NCBI GenBank assembly: GCA_028534125.1
Contig: CM052818.1
Location: forward strand, 1,738,001-1,802,000
DNA: 64,000 nt
From: Lama glama
Taxonomy: Eukaryota
Reading direction: 5' to 3'
Shown here piece after piece: positions 51,801 to 64,000 of the stretch. The notes under the pieces were generated by a model that was given only the letters and a program-made list of their open reading frames with translations, searched no databases and was not told the DNA's origin. Every line of letters begins with the position of its first letter. Position 1 is the first letter of the stretch. A program made the position numbers and the translations under genes.

Positions 51801-52140
51801 AGGACGTGGCCCCTGCCTGCTTCCGCGGCCTCTTTTTTTTTTTTTTTTAATTCTTTATTTTTTTGGCCTGAGTTTGCAATTACTTTTCACTCATGTGTTG
51901 GAAACGGCCTTTTCATTTTGCACAAATAGTCACACATTTATGGGGGACATTTAGGAAAGTGTTTTTAACTCGAAAGGGAATTTTTTTTTTTTCTTTAAAA
52001 CTCACTAGTAAAGCTACTGATCCTGTGGGGCCTCTTGGTTAGTAGAAAACCTCCTGTGTGGAAAGAGCATGTTCATTCCTCCTGTACGTGTTCCCCATTT
52101 AACTGCTATTAAAGAAGACAGCCTATGTACCTGTTCAAAA
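48844..52140 (+). other. EXOC6B: EXOC6B 3' UTR (about 3.3 kb; end approximate)
   Basis: Follows the stop codon; U-rich tracts near 51830-51990 and a poly(A) signal at 52108. Confidence 0.75.
49805..49890 (-). mobile_element. Short vic-1-like SINE, antisense, inside the EXOC6B 3' UTR
   Basis: Reverse complement reads gggagggtacagctcagtggtagagggcatgcttagcatgcac...cagcacctccatt plus poly(A); homologous to 35596-35675. Confidence 0.85.
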
Positions 52141-52165
52141 GCCACAGTGTTGTCTCTTGGTTTTT
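52108..52165 (+). terminator. Polyadenylation signal ATTAAA with GU/U-rich downstream element
   Basis: ATTAAA at 52108-52113 followed by gtgttgtctcttggttttt at about 52147-52165; upstream TGTA and U-rich elements. Confidence 0.7.
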
Positions 52166-53373
52166 CCTTCTTCTGCCCCTTTGGCCACAGCGTGGCCACA
52201 CTGGTGATCCGTCTGGTAGACACTGCAGGCCCTCAGCTGGACAGAGGACAGAGGACAGAGGACCAGAGCAGGACTCGTGGGGAGGAGGAAGCCTTGGAAA
52301 CCTTCCGGGCTGCTGGGTTAGATTTTCCTGGCTGTACCGTTAACATTAGCATCCTCATCACTGGGAGGAATCATTCTTGAAGCGCCTGATCGCTGTGGAG
52401 AGCCGGGCTAGGCAGCTTGCTGCTTGAGGCTCAGTGCATTTTGACTCTGGCCCTGCCGTGGCCGAACTCCTGGTTAAGGCTGGAGCCGTGAGGGATTATC
52501 CAGAAGAAAGCCAGGCTTGGGCAAGGAGGGAAATGAGCCAGTCTTCGACTCCGGCGTCATGGCCTGGGGTAGGAACGGCTCTGGTCACAGAGGACAGCGC
52601 AGAGAAGTCAGGATGTTAACTAGCCGGGCCTGCAGGAAATTCAATCCAAACTTTGTAACGCTGTGGAAATAATTTCAGGTGCAGATATTTCTCATTAGAG
52701 CCAAAAGCTGGCCCAAGCCCGGCGTGGGCTGGGAGGCATATCCGAAACCATGGTGAGTAAGGCCCGAAATGTCTGTGTGACAACTCCCAGCCTCTTGTCC
52801 CCTCGGCTGGCATGGAAGCCATCGGAAGAGGCTGGAAAGACTTTTTTCAGTAACAAGTCTGACAATTTGCTTCCTGAGACTTGGGCTTCAGTTTTTGCTG
52901 TGCCACTTATTAGGGATATGCCACTTACTAGGGTGACGTTGAACAATTAACTCCCTCAATCTCCTGATCCTCATCAGGGAAAGCAGATGATGCCTCATTG
53001 GCAGGGCTGGTGCGGGGTGTAGATGGGCCGCGGACGGTCCCGGTGCTTAGCTGGTCCCCCGCCACGGCCCGGGAGCCAGTTAAGGCTTTCCTTCCCGCCC
53101 TCCAGTTCCACGACATACCTTGTGGCTGAGCATTGAGCAGAAGTGTCCAGGGCTTCTCTGCCCCCTGGCTGCCCCTCCGCGAGCCCATCACTAGTCCTGA
53201 GGCCCCTTGAGCACCTATAGAGACACAGAGGTACCAGCCCTTCAGATCAGACAGCCAGCTGCCTGGCTCAGAGTAGAGCTGGTCCCCTCAACACCATCTG
53301 GAAGATTCTCTGCCAAAACTTTGACCTCCTAGAATTCAGGAGTTCTTGACCAGAGGTCCGTGAGCCCTTGGAA

Positions 53374-53404
53374 TGTGTGTGTGTGCATGTGTGTGTGTGT
53401 GTGT
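53374..53404. repeat. Interrupted (TG)n microsatellite
   Basis: tgtgtgtgtgtgcatgtgtgtgtgtgtgtgt. Confidence 0.95.
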
Positions 53405-56400
53405 ATACATGTGCACAGGCTTGCATCCACTCACTTTTCTGGCTAGAAGGTACGTGTCTTCCAGTGATGCCTAAGAAAGATTCAGGACTAGCATCCTGGA
53501 TAATAAGCAAATCCCTCTGGAAGTGTAGCTCTCCCTGGGAGGAAAAGCCAGCTGCTCTGAGCGTTTACCTCCACTCCCCGCCTCGTGTTCCTGGCAGGAA
53601 ACTTGCCAAGACCCGCAGCCCTGCCACAGAAACCCCAGGTCACACCTAAAGACCAGGACGGCCACCATTCTGGCTTTACCTCCCCAGAGACTTCCAACTG
53701 GTCTAGGGGATCACAGACAAGAGGGCCTAGCACGGAGGCCGAGCTCTCAAAGCCACGCTGAACCCAAATCCCCTCCCAGAACGTTTCCCACAGCTTCTGA
53801 CTCTGAGCACTGACTGGTGCGACGTGTCGCCCAAGGCCTTGGCCGGAGAGGGACCAGTCGCGCTTGGGGAAGCAAATCAAACCAAAGCAGGGGTCGAGGT
53901 GAAGCAGTCACCAGCTTGCCCCTCTTCTTATCTGTTCCCCAGACGGAGAAGGTTGGGGAAGAGCTAGTGGAAGCTAAGGCAAGGCAGGAGCAGAAGTGCC
54001 AGCCCCTTTCCCCAGAGGCCGCAGTTTTGAATTCAATGGACAGTATGTGCAGGCAAGGAGAAAGCCTCCAGGCCCAGGAGACCAGAAGACAAAGGCTCTG
54101 GAGGAAGTGGAGGAGGAGGAGGAGAGAAGCGGAGGGCCGGTCATTGTGTGGGAGAGCCGCCCTCTATCTGTTTCCATCACTGGGGGTTAGGGTTACCCTG
54201 CATTTGGGGCCCAGCTGCTCTGTGGGGTCGGTGACACCAGCTGTTGTGATGCTAATGGAGGGGCCTCTCACAGGGGGCACCCCCTCATCAGCCGGCCTAC
54301 CTCAGCTCCCAGGGAGGATGCCGGCTCTTGTTCCCGCAGGGAGGGGGCAGCCTGTGGGGCCAGAACCGGACCCCAGGCAACCACGCCCCTCCCAGTCTGA
54401 ACCCACGGCTAAGTGTCCCTTCCAAGCCCAAGCGATGACCTTCCTCTCTCCAAAGCTCCAGAAAAGGAATGAAATCTGAACATTGAGACGCGTTTCTGGC
54501 CCTAAACAATCCGTCCATTCTCTAGGCTCAATGATGGGTCTATTTCCTCCTGTAAATGGGTCTCGTAATCTTCAACTCTTACCTTTGCTTCTGAGGGTAA
54601 TTAATTGGCCCTCTCTCTTGTTCTCCCCACACACTCCCCTCTCTGTTACAAGGCTCAGGTTAAGCCGGGTGGATGGCTTTTCTTTCTTTCTGTTCCGTGC
54701 AGTGCTTATTTTTAAAGCTGATGGAGTAACGCCCTGCCCTCTCCAGTGAACGTCTGCTCCAGAGAAGCCTGCTGGGGAAACACCACTTCCGCGGGCACGG
54801 GAAAGGGGCCTCTGACCGCCCCGCTAAAGGCTTTTCAGGTAGCCAGTCCTGAGCAACCATTTCACCTTTTTTCCCTCCCACAGGTATGTTTCCAGGGTCT
54901 TAGGGAGGATCTCAGGGAAGGAATGTTCAGGTCACACTCAGGAGCAAAGTGGAGGGTTGAGTGGTGATCTGGACCCTGGAGACAAAGGGAGGCAAAGGTG
55001 GGCGTGGGAGAAAATACGACCAAAGGATCGGAGTCTCATTTTCTTTCCCAGGGTGAGGAAAAACAGGTCTCAGGTGCAGGGCAGCGTGAGGGCATGGAGG
55101 TAGGCGGGGTGAGGGTCGGGCTCGTCCAGGACAGCTGGCAGGAGGCTGCTTTGTGGAGGCAGGTCACGCGGGCGGTAAGTTGAACCACAGAGAGACTGCC
55201 TGGCGCTTTCTAGTGTCTGTGTCCTTGTCTGATGCTTCTGCTCTGTGAAGGCAGGAATGATGTCGCTGGCCTGTCGGAACCCCAGGCGGCGCCCTGCACA
55301 GCAAATGGCACGTGGGGACTCACGGCCAGACAAGTCACGCGTGGTAGTGACCCGCTGCCAGGGGAGGGGGCTGAGAGCAGCCCTCCCGGGAAGCAGGAAC
55401 AGTTTGTCCTGACGTTGTCTAGAAAGCATATGGTGATTAAAAAAAAAAAGCAAACCAACTTCTAGTCAGTGGTATTATGATTTAAAATTCTCTGCAAACC
55501 CGTGCCATCCCACTTGGTATGCCATGGAATAAGGAACAGGTTGAAGTTGCAAGCGGATTGAGTCAGGTGAGAAACCAAAGCAGCAGGCTGATTCCTGATG
55601 GGCAGGACGTGGTCCTGGCGGTGGTGGTGAAGGTATGTGTCCGTGCGTACAGATACGTGCACGTGGGGATCAGACAGAGCTCCCGGGAGCTTCTCCCTCT
55701 GAGCCTTAATCCCATTCCCCACACATAAGCACTGCTAACAGTGTGGTGGTGTTCTTTCAGCTCATTTGAATGTGTATATACTGACTTTTTTCACGAGAAA
55801 ATTACCATAGTGTGTTATCTTCCAGAGCCTTTTCCCCACTTAATCTTAAACATCTTCTGTGACAACATACAGGATCCCCTCATCCTTTGCAAAGCCCATA
55901 AGTATTTCCATTGCATGGGCATACCCCCAGTGTATTTAATTTAATTCTCGACTGATGACCATTTGGGACATTTCCAGTATTTCACAATTATAAACAGTAT
56001 TTCAAGACATTCGTATACATCTTTGCCTTCTTATTTAGGTATTTCTATAGCATAAAATTTCGGGAGTGGAATTGCTTGGTTAAAGGCTACATATTATAAA
56101 TAGTAATAAAAATTGTGTATTACTCTCTTGAAAATCACCAGTGTACACTCTTCCCAATAGTATATGAAAGAGTTTGTTTCTTTACATTATCCTCCGCCCC
56201 TAAGGAATTTCAATATTTTTCATTCTTGCCAATCTTAGAAGTAAAAAATTATTTCCCTTTGTTTTATTTACGTTTCTTTAATTTATTGTGCACTTAAACG
56301 TCTGTTTACTCAGTTTATTGTTCATTTACATTTCCTCTTGTGTGAAATAGCTGCCTTTAAAAAAAATAGGTTGTCTCCTTTTTCATATGGTTTGTAACTC

Positions 56401-56504
56401 TTTGCCTACTCAAGGTTTTAATTATTTGTCTTTTGTCATAGCAAATATTTTCCCCAGCCAGTCTTTTGAGTTTGTTCATGGTTCATATCATTTTGAACTC
56501 TTTA

Positions 56505-57070
56505 TTTAACAAGTAACAAAAAAAAAAAAACCAGCTTAGAAAAGATTTGTTGATTGAAAGTCCAAAGGTAGTTCAGGGTTGGTTTGATTCAATAACAACA
56601 AAAAAAATGTCAAGGTCCTGTTTCTTTCCTTCTCTCTACTCTGCCTTTCATAGTAACAAGGGCATCATAAATTTCACTGCCCTCCTGGTAGCTAAATGGC
56701 TGTCATTTTTCCAGATTTCATGCCTCCACACCACACTGTGCAGAAACCAACTTCTACTGGCCCTCTTAGAGGAGTGAGGCACCTTCTGTCCCATATGCCT
56801 CCAATATTTGGAGACCTAAATTGGATTACATGCCATTCTTTTTGATCAGGACCAACCCATGGTTCTACTGCTTAGGCCAGGGTGTCTTACGTGTACCAAT
56901 CATGGTGGCAAAAGGCAAGAGAATTACCCTGGTAGGTTAAACAAATCTGTTCTTACCCTCAGAATTGAAAGAGGTGTTAATACTCACCTCCAAACAAACT
57001 ACAAAGCACCTACACAATGGGGGGAGAATGGAAGGAATATTAAAGAGACAGGCCATAATATTCACCACAT
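56505..57070. mobile_element. Old MLT1-type LTR
   Basis: aacaagtaac...ccagcttag...aaattggattacatgcc...ttcaccaca pattern. Confidence 0.5.
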
Positions 57071-57997
57071 GGTGTTTTCTGCCATACAGAAAGTTCTTCA
57101 TTTTTGAGATGTCAATTTATGAGACTTCATGATATTTACATTTCCCATCATACTTAGATTTTCCCCTCTTCAAATTACAAAAATGTTGACTCATGTTTTC
57201 TTCTGATAGTTCGTGTTTAATATATTAATCATGTATCAATTTGAAATTTACTTTGAGGTGAAGAATGTGGCGGGGATCCAGCTATTTCTTTTTTTTTTTC
57301 CCCTCTTTTTACAAATGGCTAACGAGTTGTCCCACAACATCACGGATTCATTTTTAAATATTATCTTTATCATTTATTAAATTCCCACTTCCTCTTGGGT
57401 CTATCTCTGGACTTTTGTGCTGTTCCATGATCGTTCTCGTTCTGAGCCATTACCATACTGTTTTAGTTACCATAGGTTTGTAATCTGTTTTAAAATCTCA
57501 TAGCTTCTTCCTACGTTGTGTTTTTCTTTTTCAGATTGTTCCTGAATATTTGTATATTTATTCTTCCAGGGTAATTTTTTAAAAAAAAATTTTTAAAGTG
57601 TATTGTGATTTTTGACTGGAATGACATTGAATTTAGAAAATAATTTCCAGGTAAATGACACCTTTATAACACAAGGCCTACCTATGCCACAATGAAAAGT
57701 GTCTCTTTACGCATCACATTTATATTGCTCTGGCAAGCTTAATATTTTCTGCATTTGGAGTCTTCACATTTCTTATTTGTTATAATCATGGCTGTTTTTT
57801 GTTTCCATTACTGCTCTAAATGAGATCTCTCCTTCCATGCTGTGTATTTTTTTGAGTTTTAATTGCAGAAGTAATTTGTAAGCACCTATAAGATTAACAA
57901 AAATCCTGAAGTCTGATATTACCTAATATTGGTGAGAATATGGAGAAACAGTAGTAGGAATGTAAATTAGTACAACTACTTTACGAAGTAGTTTGAT

Positions 57998-58315
57998 GAC
58001 ACACATCCAAAACCCTTACCCGCAATTCCAAAATCCAAAGGCTCTGGAAACAGAGTTCTGTCCTCACTTCTTTAGTTCCAAAACCCGACCAGATATGAAG
58101 ATATTTATCACCTTTATTTAGCTCACTGAATGTGAATATTTTACATTTTTCACCACCAAAAAAGTAATATATTTATTGCAGAGTGCTTCCCCAAACCCCG
58201 CTGAAAGTGTTCTATGTGGCATATATACTAGATCACCTTTCTGAAACCCCCAAAATTCTTTTTCTGAAACACATCTAGCCCCAAGGGTCTTAAACAATGC
58301 ATTGTGGGCCTGTAT
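57998..58315. mobile_element. Tigger-type non-autonomous DNA transposon inserted in an old L1
   Basis: cccttacccgcaattccaaaatccaaaggctctg at the left end and attgtgggcctgta at the right end (degenerate TIR with TA). Confidence 0.55.
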
Positions 58316-58877
58316 CTAATAAAGTTAAAGATGTGCATATCCTGAGATCCAGCAATTTTATGTCTAAGAATATTCCCTTGAGAAATCTATCCACACGTGC
58401 ACCAAGAGACATGCCTAAGATTGTTCATTCTAGCATTGTTTGTATTGATGAAAAGTTAGAAATAAACTGTATGTCCACCAGTGAGAGAATAGGTAAATTG
58501 TGACATACTATACAGCAGTTAAAATGAATTATAGCTACATGAGTCAACATGAATAAGTCTGTGAAAAGTTGTTGAGTTAAAAAAAATGCAAGTTGAAGAA
58601 TGACAACAGCACAATACAATAAACTTTGAAAACATGCATGAGAGTGATAAACACCACATTTCCTCTGCAGAAGGAGGAACAAAATGAGGTCCCCCAGGGG
58701 ACACAGGTTTTGCTGTTTATATAGCCTAATTTCTTTGTAAAAAATCTGAAATGAACATGGCAAAATGTTGAAATGATTTTACAAATAGATTTGTAGTCTA
58801 CATAATGGTCTCAATCTTTTAAATAGCTGCATAGTATTCCACAGTGTGACTACGCCTTAACTAGCCATTTCTTTATT

Positions 58878-59135
58878 TCTTTTTTAAATTGAAGTATAGT
58901 CAGTTACAGTGTGTCCATTTCTGGTGTACAGCATAATGTCCCAGTCATGCATATATATACATATATTGGTTTTCATATTCTTTTTGTTAAAGGTTATTGC
59001 AAGATATTGAATATAGTTTCTTGTGCTATACAGAAGAAATTTGTTTTTTATCTATTTGTATATATAGTGGTTAACCTTTGCAAATCTCAAACTCCCAAAT
59101 TTATCCCTTCCCACCCCCTTACCCTGGTAATCATA
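58878..59135 (-). mobile_element. LINE-1 3' UTR fragment
   Basis: aattgaagtatagtcagttacag...atttatcccttcccacc, homologous to 10985-11240. Confidence 0.85.
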
Positions 59136-59879
59136 ACATTTCCTTATTATTTAACTTGCTTTCACTTACAAATTATTACCAAAACTGCTGAATTGAGCAC
59201 CTTTGATATCTTTTTCCATATATACAAATATTTCTATAAGATTCATAGTAATCTCTAAGAGTGGGGTCACTAAGTAAAGGGTATACATTTTACATGTTGC
59301 TACATGATGCCAATTCTCTTTCAAAAAGGCTGTACTAATTCTCACCAACAACGTAGGAGATTGCCCATTTCCCAGCGCCCTCAGTGAGACTGTCAAAATG
59401 AAGTGGGTAGAAATGGTTCATTAATATGCAATTGCCAATTTCTGTTAGGCTGAATCATCTTTTCATGTCTCATTAGCCACTGGGAGTATTCTCAAGAAGT
59501 TGCCTGTTGATTTCTTTATCAGAAGTATGTTCAGCTACAAGTAATTGAAAATGAACTATGAATACAGGAAGCAATAGGGTAGGGTTTTTTGTTATTGTTC
59601 TGTATTTGGTTTGGGTGTTTTGTTTTGACCCAAGAGCAATTCTGGAGATTTCAGTACAAGCAATACAGGACCAGAGCAGCTGAGCAGCAGTGACCTAGGC
59701 CCTTTTTGTCTTTCTGTTCTGGCATCCTTAGCATGCTCATCATTTCACAGGCACAGAGCAGCTGCTTCACCTCCAGACATCACATCCACTTTCCAGGCAG
59801 GAGAAAGAGGGAAAATCAAAGAGGTAACATCCTATGCAGGCTGAATCTGTCCCTTTCTTAGAAGCCTCAGATTTTCTTT

Positions 59880-60005
59880 CTTCTTTTTTTTTTAATTGAA
59901 GTATAGTCAGTTTACAGTACAGCATGTTTCAGTCAGACATATACATACATACATTCTTTTTCATATTCTTTTTTATTATAGGTCACTACAAGATATTGAA
60001 TATAG
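59880..60005 (-). mobile_element. Very short LINE-1 3' end
   Basis: poly(T)-aattgaagtatagtcagtttacag...caagatattgaatatag. Confidence 0.8.
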
Positions 60006-63000
60006 CCTGTGATTTTCATCTTTCTCTAGGTTTAAATATTTATTACCCTAACATTATGTAAAGAATTCTCAGGATTATTTAAATTTAAATTGCTATTTAA
60101 AATTATCTCCCTATATTATTTGCTCTTACATCTTATTGGCCAGAACTGAATCACATGCCCCATCCCCAACACCAATCACAGCCAAACAGAGTAAGACTAC
60201 CATGTCTGGTTCAGCCCAATGATGGTTCATTCCCTGTAAGCTCTGCGAGAACAGGTGTTTTAGTCACAGCTTTATCCTCAGTGCCTAGAAGAGTTCCTGC
60301 CACATACAATATGTTCAATAAATTTTGTTGAATAAGCTGACTGTATGCATGCGTGAAGTGATAACAGAGTTGGGCTTGGGGCGGGAGATCAAGGGGTCTG
60401 CACCACCATTTGAGACAGTCTGAATCCTGTCAGCAGGGAAGTCATGGGGAACAAACGCTGTCAAAAGAGGGGGTCTGCACAACCCATTAACGCTAATTAT
60501 ATATGTATTTGTTACACATGTGCAAGTATCTTCTCCCAGTCCCTCACTTATTTTTTAAATAAACTTTTAATCTTAGTATCATTTTAGGTTTCTTGTAAAA
60601 TTTCAAAATGGCATAGAGTTCTACGCCCCTCACCTGATTCCTCTATTAACATCTTACATGACCATGGACAGTTGTGAACATTTTTTAAAACCACCACCTG
60701 CACATTAGTATTAACTCCTTTTAGGGAATTTTCCTAGCTCCTTAGTCTCCTCTGGTCTGTGACAGTTTCTCAGTCTTTCCTGTAACAGTTTTACAGAGTA
60801 CTGGTCAAGTGTTTTGTAGAATGTCCTTCTATTTACTTTTGTCTGATATTTTTCTCTTGATTAGACTGGGGTTATGGGTTTTTGGAAAGAATACCAGAGA
60901 GGTGAAGTGTTTTCCCATTATGTATCGGAGGTTACAGGATGTCCATTGACGTCACTAGTGATGGGAGCCTTGATCATTTGGTTAGGATAGTGTCTGCTAG
61001 GTTTCTCCACCCTGAAGTTACTCTGCCTCTTTCCATGTTCTGTTTAATAGAAGCAAGTCAGTAATTACAGCCCACACTTAGGTAGTGACAGGAAGAAGTG
61101 GGTGTTAAGCTTTACCTCCTAGAAAGAGCATCTAAGTAAATTCTTTGGAACTCTTCTACAAGGAGTTTTTGTCTCTTCACCCTCATTTATTAATTTAAAT
61201 CATTTATTACATCAGTGTGAACTCATGTATATGTTTTTGCACCAATTTTAGGCTTTTTTTTTTCTTTTTGGTAGTTTTTTATGGGGGTAGGACTCATACA
61301 ACATAAAATGCATCCTTTCAAAGTGTACAAGTTAGTGGAGTTTTGTATGCTCCCGATGTCGTGCAATCATTACTGTCTAATTTCAGAATATGTTCATCAC
61401 CCCAAAAGAAATGCTGTATTTATTAACTATCCCTTATCATTCCCCTCTTTCCCTATCTCCCGAATCTACTTTCTGTCTCTAGTAATTTTCCCGTTCTGGA
61501 CATTTCATGTACATGGAATCATATAAGTGGAAGCCCTTTGTGTCTGGCTTCTTTCATTTCGCATCATGTTCTCACGGTTTATCCACAGTGTGGCATGTAT
61601 CAATACTTCATTCCCTTTATGGCTAAATAATATTCCATTATACAGATACGCCACATTTTCTTTCTTCATTCATCCATCAACACGCGGACAAACAAGTCCA
61701 CAACAGATGAACAAGCAAGCTGTTTCCACTTTGGGGCGATTATGAACAATGCTGTTATGCTCGGTGGTGTACAATTTTGTTTGAACATGCGTTTTTAAAT
61801 TCCCTTAGGTACATACACCTAGAGGGGCTGCTGGGTCATATGGTAACTCTGTTTAACTTTTTGAGGATCTGCCAAATTGTCTTCCAAAGTGGCTGCATTA
61901 TTTTACATTCCCACCAGCAAAGGGTTCCGGTTTCACCATATCTTTGCCAACACTTGCTATTTTCTGATTTAAAAAAAAATCATAATTGCCATCCTGGTGG
62001 GTATGAAGTAATGTCTCACTGCAGTTTTAATGCTCATTTTCCTAATGACTAATGATGCTGAGAATCTTTCCACGTGCTTATTAGACATTTGTTTATCATC
62101 TTTGGAGAAATGTCTATTCAGATTCTTTCCTCCTTTTTTAATTGGGTCATTTGTCTTTTTTTTGTTTTTGAGTTGTAAGAGTATTTACTTCTAGTATATT
62201 CTGGATACTAGACACATAATATATGATTTGCAAATTTTCTCCATTCTCTGGATCTTTTCACCTTTTGATACTGTTCTTTGATACAAAAAAGTTTTAAATT
62301 TTGATGAAGTCCACATTTATCCTTTGTTTTTGCTGTTGCTTGTGCTTTTGGTGTGATAGCTAAGAATCTAAGACACTGTTGCTTGATCCAAAGTCATCAA
62401 GATTTATGCCTTTATTTTATTCCAAGAATTTTATAGTTTTAGCTCTTACATTTAGGTCTTTGATGATCCCTTCTGAGCTGGGTTTTTGCATGTGGTGTAA
62501 GTTAAGGTCCAAGTTCGTTCTTTTACATGTGAACATCCAGGTGTCCCAGCACCATTTGTTGAAAAGACTACTCTTTCCCCACAGACTAGTCTTGGCACCG
62601 CTTGCTAAAATCAGCTGACTATAAATGTCTGTGTTGATTTCTGTACTCTCATTCCCATTCCATTGATTTATATGTCTATCCTTTGGACTTACGTATTTAT
62701 TTTTTAATTTTGGGTTATAATCCAGTATATGGTATTTATTTATTTTATTGCTCAGATTATTCCAGGTTTAGTCATCGGCAGTTCTTTCAGGTTGGCTCCA
62801 GTCTATCTTTGATGACCTCCCATAAGTTTGTTAAAAATACTTCCTTGCTGTATGAAACTATGAGGTGTTCCAAGCTCATCTCGTCCTTTCCCAGTTCCAG
62901 CCCTGGAATTAACCTATTCTTCGTGGAGTCCTGGTTCCTTTCATGAGAGAATGATATTTAGAAACCAATATCTGGGTGCTAAATGTGCTCATTGCTATTG

Positions 63001-64000
63001 AGATGGCATTTTCTCGGCTCTCAGCTAGATACTCTATTATGTATGGTAACCCATGTATACACACATAGCTATGATTGTTTCTCTATACATCTGTGTGTGT
63101 ATGTAGGCATGTACAGTATGACGCACATATATAATCTACCATCGACTGGTCATTTACTTATTTATTCAACCCCAGTACACAGTTTCAGAATTGTTCATCC
63201 ACACCCCGACTTCCATCTGTTTCTAATTGTTATTTATACTATTTTTCATCATACAGAATTTTGAAATTTGATAGAGTTTAATTGTAAATCCTTTCCTTTA
63301 AGCTCCTGAGTTTTATATTTCGCCTTAAAAGGCTTTCCCACCCACCACCCACCAAGTTTATAAAAACAGTTTAGTTTTGTTTGACATTTAGATCTTTCTG
63401 TATTTTATTCTGGGGTTGTATAAGATGTATAGCAAACCCTGTTTTTTTTTTTCTCAACTGACGATCTGAAGGTCTTAAACACATATTATTATTATTAGTC
63501 AATCCTTTCCTCACTGATGTGCAATGCGTGGGTCTGTTCCTAGACTCAGTATTCTACTGGTCTGTCTATTTCTGTGTCAGTAAGAGCTGTTTTAACCTTT
63601 GTCATCTTAAAATGTGTTTTCATATCTAGTGGGGAAATTCTCCCATCACTGATCTTCTCCAAAAATTTCTTGGCTCTTCTTGTATGTTTATTCTCATAGA
63701 TGAGCGTTCTTATTAATTTGTGACATTTTCTTTTTAAAATCCCATGGAGATGTTGATTGGGATTACATTGAATTTATTCAATTTTGGAGAAATTGGCCCC
63801 CAATGTGATGAGTCTCTGTTTAGGTCTTCTTTTATGTCTTACATAAAGTTTTATGTTTTCTTCTCATAAGTGTTGCATTATTCATGAATTCACATTATTT
63901 GCATTACTCACATAAATCCACATGAATATTCATATCATTATATATTTTCAATTAAAATTTCAAATGGATGAATGCTAACATACAAGAAAGCTATTTGTCA

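Larger units (their letters stand above)
55700..64000. mobile_element. Dense nested block of ancient L1M fragments (mostly antisense) with LTR, DNA-transposon and L2 inserts
   Basis: For example 61270-62680 is clear antisense L1 (ttccaaagtggctgc...cattcccaccagca; cagcaccatttgttgaaaagac). It splits an L1MC-like element (60550-61250 and 62685-63200). Confidence 0.75.

Noticed and set aside
53817..54479. 220-aa ORF downstream of EXOC6B
   Set aside because: Non-ATG start, low-complexity GC-rich sequence with few stops; not CYP26B1-like or otherwise recognisable.
1..64000. Prokaryote-type systems (CRISPR arrays, operons, defence islands) or an intact retroelement
   Set aside because: Sequence is mammalian intron/UTR/intergenic DNA. 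There is no repeat-spacer array, and all L1 copies are truncated or frameshifted.

Overview
Mammalian (eukaryotic) genomic DNA, most likely a camelid, judged from tRNA-derived vic-1-type SINEs and a recurring young L1 3' end. The window holds the 3' end of EXOC6B (exocyst Sec15B) on the + strand. It covers about 44.5 kb of a very large intron, the penultimate coding exon (44494-44606), a 4.1-kb last intron and the last exon (CDS 48717-48843, 3' UTR of about 3.3 kb ending after ATTAAA at 52108). About 12 kb of repeat-rich downstream sequence follows. By known mammalian synteny CYP26B1 should lie beyond the right edge; it is not seen here. Nearly all other ORFs in the track are L1 remnants or chance ORFs. 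I see no new gene system. The most notable signal is regulatory: three same-orientation DR5 retinoic-acid-response-like elements within 100 bp (29192-29290), in a CpG-rich, repeat-free intronic block. This is a strong candidate long-range RA-feedback enhancer for CYP26B1. Repeat boundaries and subfamily names are by eye and approximate.
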